This document shows, one piece after another, positions 9,239 through 19,007 of a DNA stretch of 64,000 nucleotides. The stretch is from NCBI RefSeq assembly GCF_011421635.1, contig NZ_WTLI01000013.1, positions 31,006 to 95,005 on the forward strand. The letters are read 5' to 3'. The translations under genes and the position numbers were made by a program. The notes below the pieces were generated by a model. It was not told where the DNA came from. It was given only the letters and a program-made list of their open reading frames with translations, and did not search any database. Positions within the stretch are counted from its first letter, which is position 1. The number at the start of each line of letters is the position of its first letter. The DNA is from Paenibacillus turpanensis (GTDB lineage: Bacteria > Bacillota > Bacilli > Paenibacillales > YIM-B00363).

Positions 9239-9293
9239 TTGAGTATTTACTCAAATTATAGCTTGAGACTTTATAAAACGCAATCCTAGAAAA
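9239..9293 (-). promoter_or_regulatory. Sigma-A promoter (-35 TTGCGT, 17 bp, -10 TATAAT) immediately followed by operator palindrome TTGAGTAAATACTCAA (copy 2)
   Basis: Minus-strand reading is TTGCGTtttataaagtctcaagcTATAATtTGAGTAAATACTCAAg. Consistent with an autoregulated TetR. Confidence 0.5.
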
Positions 9294-9350
9294 AACAGCC
9301 GCCCTAGCAGCAAAAGTACAAACCTTTGCACTGCTTGGGCAGCTGTCCCA
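9282..9350 (-). terminator. Probable terminator of topB
   Basis: Imperfect 15-bp stem (CAGCCGCCCTAGCAG / CTGCTTGGGCAGCTG) followed on the minus strand by TTTTTT. Confidence 0.45.
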
Positions 9351-9363
9351 GCATCGAAGCTGC

Positions 9364-11547
9364 TTATTCTTTATCCTGTTGCTTCAGCGCAGCCTTGAGC
9401 GCATCACCGAGGCTATTTGACAGCGAGGTATCGTCACTGAACTGCTCCACCAGCTTACGCTGCTGCTTGCGTCCCATTCGGCCACCGGCTCCGCTGTCCT
9501 CCAGCTTTTCGACGAATTGGCACGGACGGCATTGGAAGTACTTCCCTGCCTTGCCGTCATGGATTTCCATTCGCTTATGACATTGCGGACAGCGCCGGTT
9601 GGACATCGGGGGCTCCGCCGAACGGCGATAACCGCATTCGCGGTCCGAGCAAACCAGCGATTTCCCGCGTTTGCCCTTCACATCCAGCATCGGCTTGCCG
9701 CATTCCGGACAACGCGAATGGGAGATATTGTGCGGCTTGTACTCCTTCGTCTCCCGCTTCACTTCAGCAACCCAGTGCACAGCCTTCTCACGGATTCCGG
9801 CCATGAAGCGCGTCGGATCACCTTTCCCCTTCGCTATGCTTTCCAGCTGCTGCTCCCACTCCGCCGTCAGCTCGGGACGCCGCAGCTCATCGACCACCAG
9901 CTCGATCAGCTGCTTGCCTTTGCCAGTCGGAAGAAGCCGATTCTGCGCCCGCTCGATCGTATCGGTTGAAAGCAGCTTCTCAATGATGTCGGCGCGGGTT
10001 GCCGGTGTGCCAAGCCCGTACTTCTCCATCTTCGCGAGCAGCGAAGCTTCCGTATACCGGGCCGGCGGCTTGGTTTTCCCCTCGCGAACGCGAGTGCCGC
10101 GCAGCTCCAGCGTCTGACCCTGCGTCAGCGCCGGAAGCAGCTGCTCCGGCTCGCGATCACCCGCGTCACGGCCGGTTTCATCCTCGTCATCCTCCAGATC
10201 GGAGGATGAACCGCCGCCCCCTCCGAATGCTCCTTCGTAGACGGCTTTCCAGCCTTCATCCTTGCGAATTTTTCCCTTCGCGTAGAAGGAGTCGCCGCCA
10301 ACAGTAATGACCACGCTCGTTTCATCGTACCGATACGGAGGATAAAACAACGCAATGAAGCGGCGTACGATCAAGTCGTACAGCTTCCTCTCATCCGCAG
10401 ATAACGCCGACAAATTGACGAATTGCTCGGTCGGAATGATCGCGTGATGATCGGTCACCTTACTGTCATCGACAATACGCTTTGTTACCGGCAGCTGGCT
10501 TTTCAACAGCTTACGTGCGATCGACGCATACGGGCCGACCGCGATGCTTTCGAGCCTGCTTTTCAGCGTCGGCACCATGTCCGACGATAAATACCGCGAA
10601 TCCGTGCGCGGGTACGTCACGAGCTTATGCTGCTCGTACAGCCGCTGCAGCACATTCGACGTCTGCTTCGCCGAGAAGCCGAGCCGCTTGTTCGCGTCGC
10701 GCTGCAGCTCCGTCAAGTCGTACGCCTGCGGATGCGGCTCCGACTTTTCCGTCGTGCGCAGCTTCTCTACCTTGGCGCCGCGACCCTTCACGCGCGCGGC
10801 CACCGCTTCCGCTGCCGCACGCTCCCAGACGCGCCCGTCGTGGCCATCCTTCTCGCGCCACTGCGCTTGAAAGCCGGCAAAATCCGCGCTGACGCTCCAG
10901 TACGGCTTCGGCTGAAACTGCGCGATTTCCTGCTCGCGCTCCATCAGCATCGCAAGCGTCGGCGTCTGCACCCGGCCGGCCGCCAGCTGCGCGTTATACT
11001 TCGTCGTCAGGGCGCGGGTGACGTTCAGCCCGATCAGCCAATCCGCCTCCGCCCGGCATACCGCCGAAGCATACAAATTGTCGTAGGCTTTGCCCGGCTT
11101 CAGCGACGCAAACCCTTCGCGAATCGCCTTGTCCGTCTGCGACGAAATCCACAGCCGCTTAAACGGCTTCCGCCATTTCACCAGCTCCATGATCCACCGC
11201 GCCACCAGCTCCCCTTCGCGCCCGGCATCGGTTGCGATAATAAGCTCGGAAAGATCGTCGCGTTTACATAACTGCGAGACCGCGCGGAATTGATGCGACG
11301 TTTCCTTCAGCACCTTCAGGTTCATGCGCGCCGGCAGAATCGGCAGCTCCTCTAAATTCCATGTCCGGTATTTGGTATCGTAATCCTCCGGCTCCGCCAA
11401 CGTCACCAAATGACCGAGCGCCCAAGTGACGACATAGTTCGGCCCTTCCATATAGCTTTTATGCTTTTGTCCGCAGCCGAGCACACGGGCAATTTCTTTG
11501 GCCACACTTGGTTTTTCGGCTAATACGAGCGATTTCAACGACAACAC
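9364..11547 (-). CDS. topB: DNA topoisomerase III
   Basis: 727 aa. TOPRIM N-terminus MLSLKSLVLAEKPSVAKEIARVLG, topoisomerase IA core, and C-terminal zinc-ribbon repeats (CPECGKPM..., CPQCHKRM...). Confidence 0.9.
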   Translation of the reverse strand: MLSLKSLVLAEKPSVAKEIARVLGCGQKHKSYMEGPNYVVTWALGHLVTLAEPEDYDTKYRTWNLEELPILPARMNLKVLKETSHQFRAVSQLCKRDDLSELIIATDAGREGELVARWIMELVKWRKPFKRLWISSQTDKAIREGFASLKPGKAYDNLYASAVCRAEADWLIGLNVTRALTTKYNAQLAAGRVQTPTLAMLMEREQEIAQFQPKPYWSVSADFAGFQAQWREKDGHDGRVWERAAAEAVAARVKGRGAKVEKLRTTEKSEPHPQAYDLTELQRDANKRLGFSAKQTSNVLQRLYEQHKLVTYPRTDSRYLSSDMVPTLKSRLESIAVGPYASIARKLLKSQLPVTKRIVDDSKVTDHHAIIPTEQFVNLSALSADERKLYDLIVRRFIALFYPPYRYDETSVVITVGGDSFYAKGKIRKDEGWKAVYEGAFGGGGGSSSDLEDDEDETGRDAGDREPEQLLPALTQGQTLELRGTRVREGKTKPPARYTEASLLAKMEKYGLGTPATRADIIEKLLSTDTIERAQNRLLPTGKGKQLIELVVDELRRPELTAEWEQQLESIAKGKGDPTRFMAGIREKAVHWVAEVKRETKEYKPHNISHSRCPECGKPMLDVKGKRGKSLVCSDRECGYRRSAEPPMSNRRCPQCHKRMEIHDGKAGKYFQCRPCQFVEKLEDSGAGGRMGRKQQRKLVEQFSDDTSLSNSLGDALKAALKQQDKE

Positions 11548-11696
11548 TCCTCATCCACAGCGGAAGCTTCACCTTTTCCGCTGCTGTTTTTTTCCATAAT
11601 CCGGTTTTCATCCTCATGCCAAGCTTATTGCAGCATTTCAATCCATCTGTTCATTATCCTAGCTCGCCGCATGCATGTCAAAACGACTGCAAAAAC

Positions 11697-11755
11697 AAGA
11701 AAACCTCTATCGAGGCCTTTTTGATGATAAGGACCGCGTGTAGAGGTTGGTTTTC
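11697..11755 (-). terminator. Rho-independent terminator downstream of the MmcQ/YjbR gene
   Basis: Minus-strand stem AACCTCTA...TAGAGGTT followed by TTCTTGTTTTT. Confidence 0.45.
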
Positions 11756-11801
11756 TTGAAATATTGAAACGTTATCCTTCTATTTCGTTACAAACAAGGC
11801 G

Positions 11802-12155
11802 TCAAACCGGACGCTTCGCCTTCGGCAAGCTTTTCACCACAAGGTCGTATGAATGATCGATCATCCAAACCAGATCCTCACGAGGCACAGTCCCGTCGAC
11901 CACGACGGTATTCCAGTGCGCTTTGTTCAAATGATACCCCGGCTTCACCGATGCAAACTGCTGCCTGAGCAGATCGGCGGTCTCCGGCTTGCATTTCAGC
12001 GATAAATGCGGTGTATCCACGGTGCCACCAAGCAGCGCAAACATTTTAGTCGACACCTTCAACACAAGCGGCTCCGGGCCAAACGGATAATCCTCCCACG
12101 CCCCCGCCTTTTTCATACAATACGATACGATTTCTTCATATTTCATCACGGCCAC
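11802..12155 (-). CDS. MmcQ/YjbR family DNA-binding protein
   Basis: 117 aa, MAVMKYEEIVSYCMKKAGAWEDYPFGPEPLVLKVSTKMFALL... is the typical YjbR fold sequence. Confidence 0.8.
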   Translation of the reverse strand: MAVMKYEEIVSYCMKKAGAWEDYPFGPEPLVLKVSTKMFALLGGTVDTPHLSLKCKPETADLLRQQFASVKPGYHLNKAHWNTVVVDGTVPREDLVWMIDHSYDLVVKSLPKAKRPV

Positions 12156-12172
12156 CGCCTATCAAATAAGCT

Positions 12173-12883
12173 CTATGAAAACCAGTTTACATATAAAAAT
12201 GCCGTGAACGCAAATGTATTTGTTAAAAAATGGGCGATGATCGTCGGAACAACCGTTTGATAACGAAAAGCATACCATCCCCACAGCATGCCCATTCCCA
12301 ATGCTCCACCAGCAAAAGCGGCAATTCCGCCGTCCATCCCGGAATCCTTGGCGAGTGCGGGAGCAAGATGCCACGCCCCGAAGCATACGGTCGGCAGCAC
12401 ATAACCGAGCAGCACCCTCCCTGGGAAAACCGCAGGAAACACCTTGCGCCACAGCAGCTCCTCCAGCGGTGCGTTGATAAGCGCAAAAAACACGGCCAGC
12501 GCAACGACCGTCCAGCCGCCCGCATACGCAGCAGGCGGAAATACGGTGAGTCCGGTTCCCATCGCCGGTAAAAATACCGCTAGCAGCGCAATCCATCGGG
12601 CTCTGCTAAAGCTCGCTCCGTCGCTGCGCTTCCAGCCACCCATTATTGTATCCGCGCGAAATACTCGCCGGTCATTTCCCTTATGTAGAACATTTCGGTA
12701 AACAGCAATAATCGGGACACACCAGCAGACCCAATAAACCACATACCCGAGCAGGTATCCCCACGAATCCCCCAAAAGACGAACAAACAATTGAAAGCAT
12801 ATGATTTGTACCGCTACAAGCATGGGAGCCAGCAGTACAAGCGCCTTTTGTTCACGTGTCAGCAAACGATTCATCGATGTCAT
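12173..12883 (-). CDS. CPBP family intramembrane metalloprotease (CAAX protease / Abi family)
   Basis: Motifs EELLWRKVFP and FGAWHLAP in a multi-TM protein. Confidence 0.8.
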   Translation of the reverse strand: MTSMNRLLTREQKALVLLAPMLVAVQIICFQLFVRLLGDSWGYLLGYVVYWVCWCVPIIAVYRNVLHKGNDRRVFRADTIMGGWKRSDGASFSRARWIALLAVFLPAMGTGLTVFPPAAYAGGWTVVALAVFFALINAPLEELLWRKVFPAVFPGRVLLGYVLPTVCFGAWHLAPALAKDSGMDGGIAAFAGGALGMGMLWGWYAFRYQTVVPTIIAHFLTNTFAFTAFLYVNWFS

Positions 12884-12892
12884 TCCTTCCTG

Positions 12893-13528
12893 TTAGGACG
12901 GTAAACTCCAGTAAAAATAGTGTCGGATGTATTCTAAGGTAAGAGAATGAATGGTTTCCGCTTCTCTGTATTCCCTCACAAGCTGAACAATCCCTTCCAT
13001 AAAGCTGGCGGAAGCCGCCGTTGCGATGCGCGGATCAAAGGGCTTTTCCGGATGCTTCGTATTGTACACCCCAAAAAAATAAGTAAATAAGTTTGCGACA
13101 ACCTTCATCCAGCTTGATTTCACCGGTGCATAAGGCGAGCCTTCACTTCGGTCATACAAAATGAGAAACGCTTCCCGATACGTCGATAGCAGCTTAGGAA
13201 GCTGTTCACCTAGAATTTGAAGCGCAGCAGGCAGCGTCAACCCTTCGGCCGGAGCGGCAAACAGCTGCTTCATCTCCTTGTCCATCGGAAGGACAAGCTC
13301 CTCAAACAAAGCTTCCTTGTTTACATAATACTTATATATGTTACCCGTCGACACCTTCGCCTGTGCCGCAATGCTTCTCATCGAAGCTGCCATAAAGCCT
13401 TTTTCCAAAAACTCCTGCAAAGCAGCTGCTTCAATCGCCTGCTTCACTGCTCGTTTCTGCGTCTGCACGCTGCCCTTCCTCCTCCAAACTCCTACGCCAA
13501 AAGAAAACACTCGTTCACTTTTGAGCAT
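12893..13528 (-). CDS. TetR family transcriptional regulator (probably co-operonic with the CPBP protease)
   Basis: HTH KQAIEAAALQEFLEKGFMAASMRSIAAQAKVSTGNIYKYY. Confidence 0.75.
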   Translation of the reverse strand: MLKSERVFSFGVGVWRRKGSVQTQKRAVKQAIEAAALQEFLEKGFMAASMRSIAAQAKVSTGNIYKYYVNKEALFEELVLPMDKEMKQLFAAPAEGLTLPAALQILGEQLPKLLSTYREAFLILYDRSEGSPYAPVKSSWMKVVANLFTYFFGVYNTKHPEKPFDPRIATAASASFMEGIVQLVREYREAETIHSLTLEYIRHYFYWSLPS

Positions 13529-13611
13529 AGGTTCATGCTACAAGATATTTCCAACATCGTCAAGCTCTTTTATCAAGTATCAAGCATGGCGAGTAAATGA
13601 TCGATCACACG

Positions 13612-13658
13612 CCAAAAAAGTCGGCCTTGGACGCCAACCTCGTCCTAGACCGACTTTC
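13612..13658 (-). terminator. Rho-independent terminator (minus strand)
   Basis: Long hairpin aaagtcggcc...ggccgacttt read on the minus strand, followed by TTTTTT. Confidence 0.5.
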
Positions 13659-13701
13659 TTCATGACCTTCATGTCGATGCGCAGCTATGTAATGTGTACC
13701 G

Positions 13702-13878
13702 TTATTGGAGAGCTCCTTTGCAGCTTGAGCCTGTGGCCAGTTCCCCAGTTCCATGAACAGCAGATCTTCGTTCAGCAAAAAATCGGCGTGCTCGCTTGTT
13801 GTTTTCCATGGCTATAAAAATACAAAGAGCGCTTACGCCAACCAAAACAAAAATAATAAGCGGAAATAACACATTCAT
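13702..13878 (-). CDS. Putative small membrane protein
   Basis: MNVLFPLIIFVLVGVSALCIFIAMENNKRARRFF... with GGGG-type RBS. Its own terminator lies downstream. Confidence 0.3.
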   Translation of the reverse strand: MNVLFPLIIFVLVGVSALCIFIAMENNKRARRFFAERRSAVHGTGELATGSSCKGALQ

Positions 13879-14009
13879 TGAGCATACCCCTAACACAGCC
13901 GAATTGGTAATGATAATTATTTTCATTATATCGTTCGCGTTAAAGGATGGTCAATAGTTTTCCAGCTATCGGATAATTTTCAACAGCGGAACCAAGCTTT
14001 TCACAGCAA

Positions 14010-14040
14010 AAAGCACCCCTCTTCAGCTCAAACAGGGGTC
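14010..14040 (-). terminator. Terminator of the P-type ATPase gene
   Basis: cacccct-cttcagctcaaac-aggggtc hairpin. Minus-strand reading is followed by TGCTTTTT. Confidence 0.45.
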
Positions 14041-14091
14041 ATTCCCTGTTGTAGCTTGAGGAGTGCATCGCCGCACCTTCCCTGTGTTCTA

Positions 14092-16032
14092 TTAGCCGCG
14101 CAGCAGCCGCAATCCATTCAAAATGACGAGTATCGTGCTGCCCTCATGACCGACCACGCCCAGCGGAAGCGCGATCCCTGTCGAGAAATTAGCCGTTATC
14201 AAGCAAGCGATCACCGCTGCAGCAAATAGCAGGTTTTGCTTCACAATCCTTTCCGTGCGGCGCCCAAGTGCGATGGCAGCTGGAATGTTTTCTATCCCGT
14301 CGTTCATGAGAACGAGATCTGCGGTTTCGAGAGCAGCATCGCTTCCCGCTCCACCCATCGCAATGCCAACCGTTGCCAATGCTAACGCAGGCGTGTCATT
14401 CACCCCATCGCCCACCATTGCGATGTGGCCGTGCTTTTGTTTTAACCTCTTCAAATGTTCAACCTTTTCTTCTGGAAGCAGCTCGGCAAACACCGAATCG
14501 ATTCCAGCCTCTTTGGCAATCGCTTGGGCTGTTTTCGTCTGATCCCCAGTCAGCATTACGACTTGAACGCCAAGATTTTTCAAATCCTCAACCGTTTTTC
14601 TCGCTTGTTCCCGAATAGTATCCTGAAGGGCAATCACGCCAATCACCTGGTCGGAATCATGCATCACGGTCACGGTTTTGCCCTGCTGCTCGAGACGGTC
14701 AATGACCCTTTTTAACTCATCCGTTCGTAATTCAGCTTCCAATAGAGTCGGTTTCCCGATTCTCCACGTTTTTCCTCCCCACTTCGCCTGTACCCCCCAG
14801 CCTGTTAACGCTTGAAATTGGGTTGGCCGCTCGAGCGTAAGCCCCTGTTCCTTCGCTTTTTGCACGATGGCTTGCGCTAGAGGGTGCTCCGACAAGCTTT
14901 CGATGGATGCGGCAGCGCGAAGCAGCTCATTTTCCGTATAACCTTGTAAAGGAATAAGATCGGTAACGACAGGCCGGCCGTTGGTAAGCGTTCCTGTTTT
15001 ATCGAAGGCAACGACCTTGATGCGTGCCAGGTTTTGAAGATGCGCCCCTCCCTTAAATAGAAGCCCTTTACTCGCACTGTTGGAAATGGCGGAAAGCATC
15101 GCCGGCATAATCGACGCAACGACAGCGCACGGGGAAGCGACAACCAGGAAAACCATCGCTTTGTACAGCGTATCGTTCCATGACCAGCCGAGGAGCAGCG
15201 GCGGAACAAGGATCAGCAACACGGTCGCCAAAATGATACTTCTTGCATAGATCCGTTCAAACCGCTCAATAAACATTTGGGCTGCAGGCTTTTCGCTCTG
15301 CGCCTCTTGAACAAGACGTATGATCTTTGCAAACAACGTCGATCCGCTTGTTTTTGCAGCTTCGATAAACAGCGCTCCTTGACCGTTAAGCGTGCCGGCG
15401 AACACTTCGTCTCCGACTTTTTTGTCAACGGGGATGGATTCCCCTGTAATCGCAGCCTGATTCACTGCTGAAGCTCCTTCTGTGACGATGCCATCGGCAG
15501 GGATCCGTTCGCCGGGCTTTACGAGAAGAAGATCTCCGACTTCAATCTCTTCAACAGCTACGATGGTTTCTGCTCCATTACGATAACGCGTCGCCGTTTC
15601 CGGCTTTAGCTCCATTAGGGAGGAAATATCTCGGCGGCTGCGCTCCATCGTATAGCTCTCTAAAGCGCCGCTTACGGAGAAAATGAAGATCAGCATCGCG
15701 CCCTCCGCCCAGTAACCAATGCTTGCCGCACCGATCGCGGCAACCAGCATAAGCAAATTCACATCTAGGTCCCGCTCCACCATTAAAGTGTGAAGCCCCT
15801 CTTTCGCTTTGACAAAACCACCGACAATGAATGCCAGCAGGTAAATGCCAATAGACCATTCATGGGACACATCCCCTAACTTCCACGCTACTGCAATGAG
15901 AATCCCGCTTACCAAAGCGGCTAGGCCCTCTCCATACCGCTCAAGCCATGCATAGTCACGCTTCTTAGCCCTCGATTTCGGCCGTTCTGGTATTGCTTTC
16001 TCGGCAGTTCCGAATGATGATGATGTTCTCAT
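14092..16032 (-). CDS. Heavy-metal translocating P1B-type ATPase, P1B-4-like (SPC motif, no N-terminal metal-binding domain)
   Basis: 646 aa. TM SPCAVV motif, DKTGTLT phosphorylation site, GDGVNDTPAL, HEGSTILVILNGLRLL C-terminus. No N-terminal HMA domain. Confidence 0.9.
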   Translation of the reverse strand: MRTSSSFGTAEKAIPERPKSRAKKRDYAWLERYGEGLAALVSGILIAVAWKLGDVSHEWSIGIYLLAFIVGGFVKAKEGLHTLMVERDLDVNLLMLVAAIGAASIGYWAEGAMLIFIFSVSGALESYTMERSRRDISSLMELKPETATRYRNGAETIVAVEEIEVGDLLLVKPGERIPADGIVTEGASAVNQAAITGESIPVDKKVGDEVFAGTLNGQGALFIEAAKTSGSTLFAKIIRLVQEAQSEKPAAQMFIERFERIYARSIILATVLLILVPPLLLGWSWNDTLYKAMVFLVVASPCAVVASIMPAMLSAISNSASKGLLFKGGAHLQNLARIKVVAFDKTGTLTNGRPVVTDLIPLQGYTENELLRAAASIESLSEHPLAQAIVQKAKEQGLTLERPTQFQALTGWGVQAKWGGKTWRIGKPTLLEAELRTDELKRVIDRLEQQGKTVTVMHDSDQVIGVIALQDTIREQARKTVEDLKNLGVQVVMLTGDQTKTAQAIAKEAGIDSVFAELLPEEKVEHLKRLKQKHGHIAMVGDGVNDTPALALATVGIAMGGAGSDAALETADLVLMNDGIENIPAAIALGRRTERIVKQNLLFAAAVIACLITANFSTGIALPLGVVGHEGSTILVILNGLRLLRG

Positions 16033-16095
16033 GTTCTCCCCACTCCTTTACCCTTACTTGAGAATGATTTGCATTTTTAATCCCCTTAAAATGAC

Positions 16096-16150
16096 ACATG
16101 CTGCTCCTAAGCAGGAGCAGCATGTGTAACGAGAATGATTCTCGTTTTTG
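16096..16150. promoter_or_regulatory. Two adjacent hairpins in the ATPase upstream region: a perfect 15-bp-arm palindrome and a second stem-loop followed by a T-run
   Basis: acacatgctgctcct-aag-caggagcagcatgtgt (16096-16129) then cgagaatgattctcg-ttttt. Could be the terminator of the hydrolase gene, an operator for the metal ATPase, or both. Confidence 0.4.
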
Positions 16151-16252
16151 ATGTATTCAATTATTTTGGTGGATAGCAACTTTATAATAATAATTTTAAT
16201 GTAGAGCATTGGAAATGTAAAGTAAAAACTTTCCTCCAAATGAGGCAATTTC

Positions 16253-17032
16253 TTAGACAAATTGTGTCAACACATGGTTAAACCTCTCGCGCTCCTCCCA
16301 AAAAGGGCCATGTCCACTGTAATGAAACGGAATCAACACAGCGTGTTTTATCTTATGGCTGAGCTCTTGGGATTGTGCAAACGGAATGACCTTATCGTGA
16401 ATCCCGTGTATGAGCAACGTCGGTACATGAATCTTTTGCAGGTCAGCATCCAGTGTTTCATCTCTTAACGTTTCGATGATCGCGGCCGTGGACCACCCTG
16501 CTGCCTCGAGCCCCAGCTGGAAAAACCAATCGGAGAACGAACTGCTTATATATTGAAAGAAAAAGGTGTCCGTCACATTCTTCATCATTAGAGGACGGTC
16601 ATGTAATGCTTCCGTCAACAGCCGGTCTGCCGTTTCTTTCGTAAAGCCACGGGGAGCCGCCGCGTCAACAAGGACGAGCTTGTTAACTCCAAACCCGTGA
16701 TGGCGCGCCATATACCGCACGGCAATCGCTCCGCCAGTGGAGTGGCCTACAAGTGTAGCATTGTGAAGCTGAAACGCCTCAATGATATTGCGAATATCAT
16801 CCGCTAATCGGTCAAAGCTGTATCCGTGGATTGGTTTATCGGACTTCCCGAACCCTCTCCAGTCAATCCCAATACACCGATAACCCATTTTCGCTAGGGC
16901 CGTATACTGGTATTCAAATTGCTTATGATTCAAGGGCCAGCCATGCAAAAATACAATCGTCTTCCTGCCGGCAGGGTTAAGCTCCTCCACATAAAGGTTA
17001 ACACCCTGCTCTACACTTACGTAGTATCCCAT
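16253..17032 (-). CDS. Alpha/beta hydrolase fold protein
   Basis: 259 aa. IVFLHGWPLNH, nucleophile elbow GHSTGG. Confidence 0.85.
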   Translation of the reverse strand: MGYYVSVEQGVNLYVEELNPAGRKTIVFLHGWPLNHKQFEYQYTALAKMGYRCIGIDWRGFGKSDKPIHGYSFDRLADDIRNIIEAFQLHNATLVGHSTGGAIAVRYMARHHGFGVNKLVLVDAAAPRGFTKETADRLLTEALHDRPLMMKNVTDTFFFQYISSSFSDWFFQLGLEAAGWSTAAIIETLRDETLDADLQKIHVPTLLIHGIHDKVIPFAQSQELSHKIKHAVLIPFHYSGHGPFWEERERFNHVLTQFV

Positions 17033-17140
17033 TCCAATTCCTCCGCTTCATGTCATGACCTCAACCATAAAATACTCACCTACCGAGAGATAGGTGAGTA
17101 TCACAGAGTGGCCGGTCTGCCGGCGGTATTCAATTGGTAG

Positions 17141-18100
17141 TCATTCCAATGTATATCTTCCGGTTACGTTTACGTTATACCCAAAGTATGTCTTTCCGTT
17201 ATCCCGAACATAAAGCTCCTTATTGGAAAGAAGAGAGATGGTGAGTTCAAATTCCCCATCGCGGTAGACCATATCCCCGTTGGAGGCAACCGCCTTCCCC
17301 GAATGGATCGTACCGATGTTGGGCCCGCCGCTCTCCATCGCTTCTTTGCTCGAAGCATAAATAGCATCAATGGAAAAAATAAGACTTTCTCCAGATGTTT
17401 TCTCGATCGTTAGGATAGATCCAGCTAGTTCATTGGAGCCTTCCAAATGGTAAAAACCAGGCTTTACGCGCTGCCATGCCTTCGAAATGCTCTCTTTCGG
17501 GTCCGTTTGTAAGCCGGTAAGCACATCGTCAATTGTCAAGATTCGATACGGAACGCCGGCCCTCACCCTCTTTTCAAGGTCCTTCTGCTCAACAAAACCG
17601 GAGTCGCTCTGGGTAAAAATGAGAAGCTGCGATACTGGAATTGCCCCCATTTGGCCAAAGCCTGTTGTATAATCCAGAATCACGATAATGTCTTTTACTC
17701 CGTTTATTTCCCTGAACGACACAGCTGAGACCGTATAAAACGACTCCGGCGATTCCGGCTCATACTTCAATTCGGTAACGGAATCACCCTTTTTCAGATA
17801 AAAATGCGGCCGGTCTTTGCCATTGATGGTTTCAATTGTGGTAATGAACTCCGTATCCCCGAGGTTTTCAAAATTGACCTGGAAGGATTGTTCCTTCAAC
17901 GGTTTGCCGATAATCGGATCCGAACGTGTAGAACCGGTCTGTGCTTCGGATGGCGGAACCGATCGGCTCGGGGAAGCGGAACCTTCTTGATGGTGTGGCG
18001 CGGTACCGTTTTCGGTTTCTCCCGACGTCGGATTACTAAAACTGCACCCGGCTAGCAGCAAAACAAGAATGAACATTATTGAACGTTGAATTATTGTCAT
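17141..18100 (-). CDS. Hypothetical lipoprotein
   Basis: Lipobox LLAGCSFS after a signal peptide. No family recognised. Confidence 0.6.
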   Translation of the reverse strand: MTIIQRSIMFILVLLLAGCSFSNPTSGETENGTAPHHQEGSASPSRSVPPSEAQTGSTRSDPIIGKPLKEQSFQVNFENLGDTEFITTIETINGKDRPHFYLKKGDSVTELKYEPESPESFYTVSAVSFREINGVKDIIVILDYTTGFGQMGAIPVSQLLIFTQSDSGFVEQKDLEKRVRAGVPYRILTIDDVLTGLQTDPKESISKAWQRVKPGFYHLEGSNELAGSILTIEKTSGESLIFSIDAIYASSKEAMESGGPNIGTIHSGKAVASNGDMVYRDGEFELTISLLSNKELYVRDNGKTYFGYNVNVTGRYTLE

Positions 18101-18225
18101 TGTTCGGCCTCCTCATGAAAGATGTTGGGTTAACGGAATACTAGGTAAAACAAGTCTCAGACACTAATTAGGTTGCCCACGATTTGGAAATCATAAAAAC
18201 CCGATAAAGAAGAACAGAAGAATGG

Positions 18226-18275
18226 AAACAGCGGCAGCCTTGGACGAAGTTGATACGTCCAAACTACCGCTGTCA
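18226..18275 (-). terminator. Terminator downstream of the GrpB gene
   Basis: Hairpin acagcggcagccttggacg...cgtccaaactaccgctgt, followed on the minus strand by a T-rich tract. Confidence 0.4.
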
Positions 18276-18351
18276 TTTATTCCGGCTAAACCCCCGATTT
18301 GCTAATGTCATGCAGGATGTTGTAAAGGACCACCGAGTGCATACCTTTTCA

Positions 18352-18903
18352 TTACTTTAACTCGTTCGTCCATACATCTTGTAAAGGCAGTCCTTTTTCT
18401 CTTCTTGCTGAGTCAATTACGTGTTGTATAAACTCCGTTTTGGATCGCGTGTATTCCTCCAGGTTACCTATGAATGTGTTAGCGAGATTTTTCTTAAGCT
18501 CTCCATATTTTTCAATTAAATCGGGGTGTTCCTTCAAAAAATCCCTGAACAACAATTCGTTTCTACAATAGAACTCATCGTCATAAGGTAGAATGTGCAG
18601 ATTATGGGTCCAGACTCCACGTGTGAATTTATTGAATAAGTATCGATCTTTCATGTCTGTTTGAACATAAACATAGGACTCTGAGTTAAATTTAGATTTA
18701 TAGTATACGGCCTCATGAAAAGGCGACACTCCGATAAAAATGTCGATGATTGGCTTTGCTTCTTGCCCTGGGATCGATGTACTTCCCACATGTTCGATAA
18801 CAATAACTTCATCACCAAGGATAGAAGATATAGCGTTCTTTTCTTGAAGAAAATCTATTGCCCATTGCGGATTATATTGAACAACCTTGATTTCCTCAGC
18901 CAT
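18352..18903 (-). CDS. GrpB family protein (UPF0157, nucleotidyltransferase-like)
   Basis: MAEEIKVVQYNPQWAIDFLQEK...IEHVGSTSIPG... characteristic of GrpB. Confidence 0.8.
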   Translation of the reverse strand: MAEEIKVVQYNPQWAIDFLQEKNAISSILGDEVIVIEHVGSTSIPGQEAKPIIDIFIGVSPFHEAVYYKSKFNSESYVYVQTDMKDRYLFNKFTRGVWTHNLHILPYDDEFYCRNELLFRDFLKEHPDLIEKYGELKKNLANTFIGNLEEYTRSKTEFIQHVIDSARREKGLPLQDVWTNELK

Positions 18904-19007
18904 GATTATCCCCTTTCGTTATAATCATTTGCAGTAAACAAAACTGTCCCATGTGATAAGGTTAACGACTCTTTTGGCGAGAAGCTTTCTGTGCTGCTGT
19001 ATCATAT

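Noticed and set aside
9210-9254. Longest-ORF start (TTG at 9254) for the TetR gene
   Set aside because: The extension would contain the gene's own -10 element and the operator palindrome. A TTG at 9209 with an AGGA RBS gives a typical about 12-aa lead before the HTH.
9517-11293. Several plus-strand ORFs of 100-214 aa inside the topB region (9517-9969, 9999-10307, 10482-10892, 10627-11271)
   Set aside because: They are antisense to a well-supported 727-aa topoisomerase III gene in GC-rich sequence and encode Arg/Pro/Ala-rich nonsense with no RBS.
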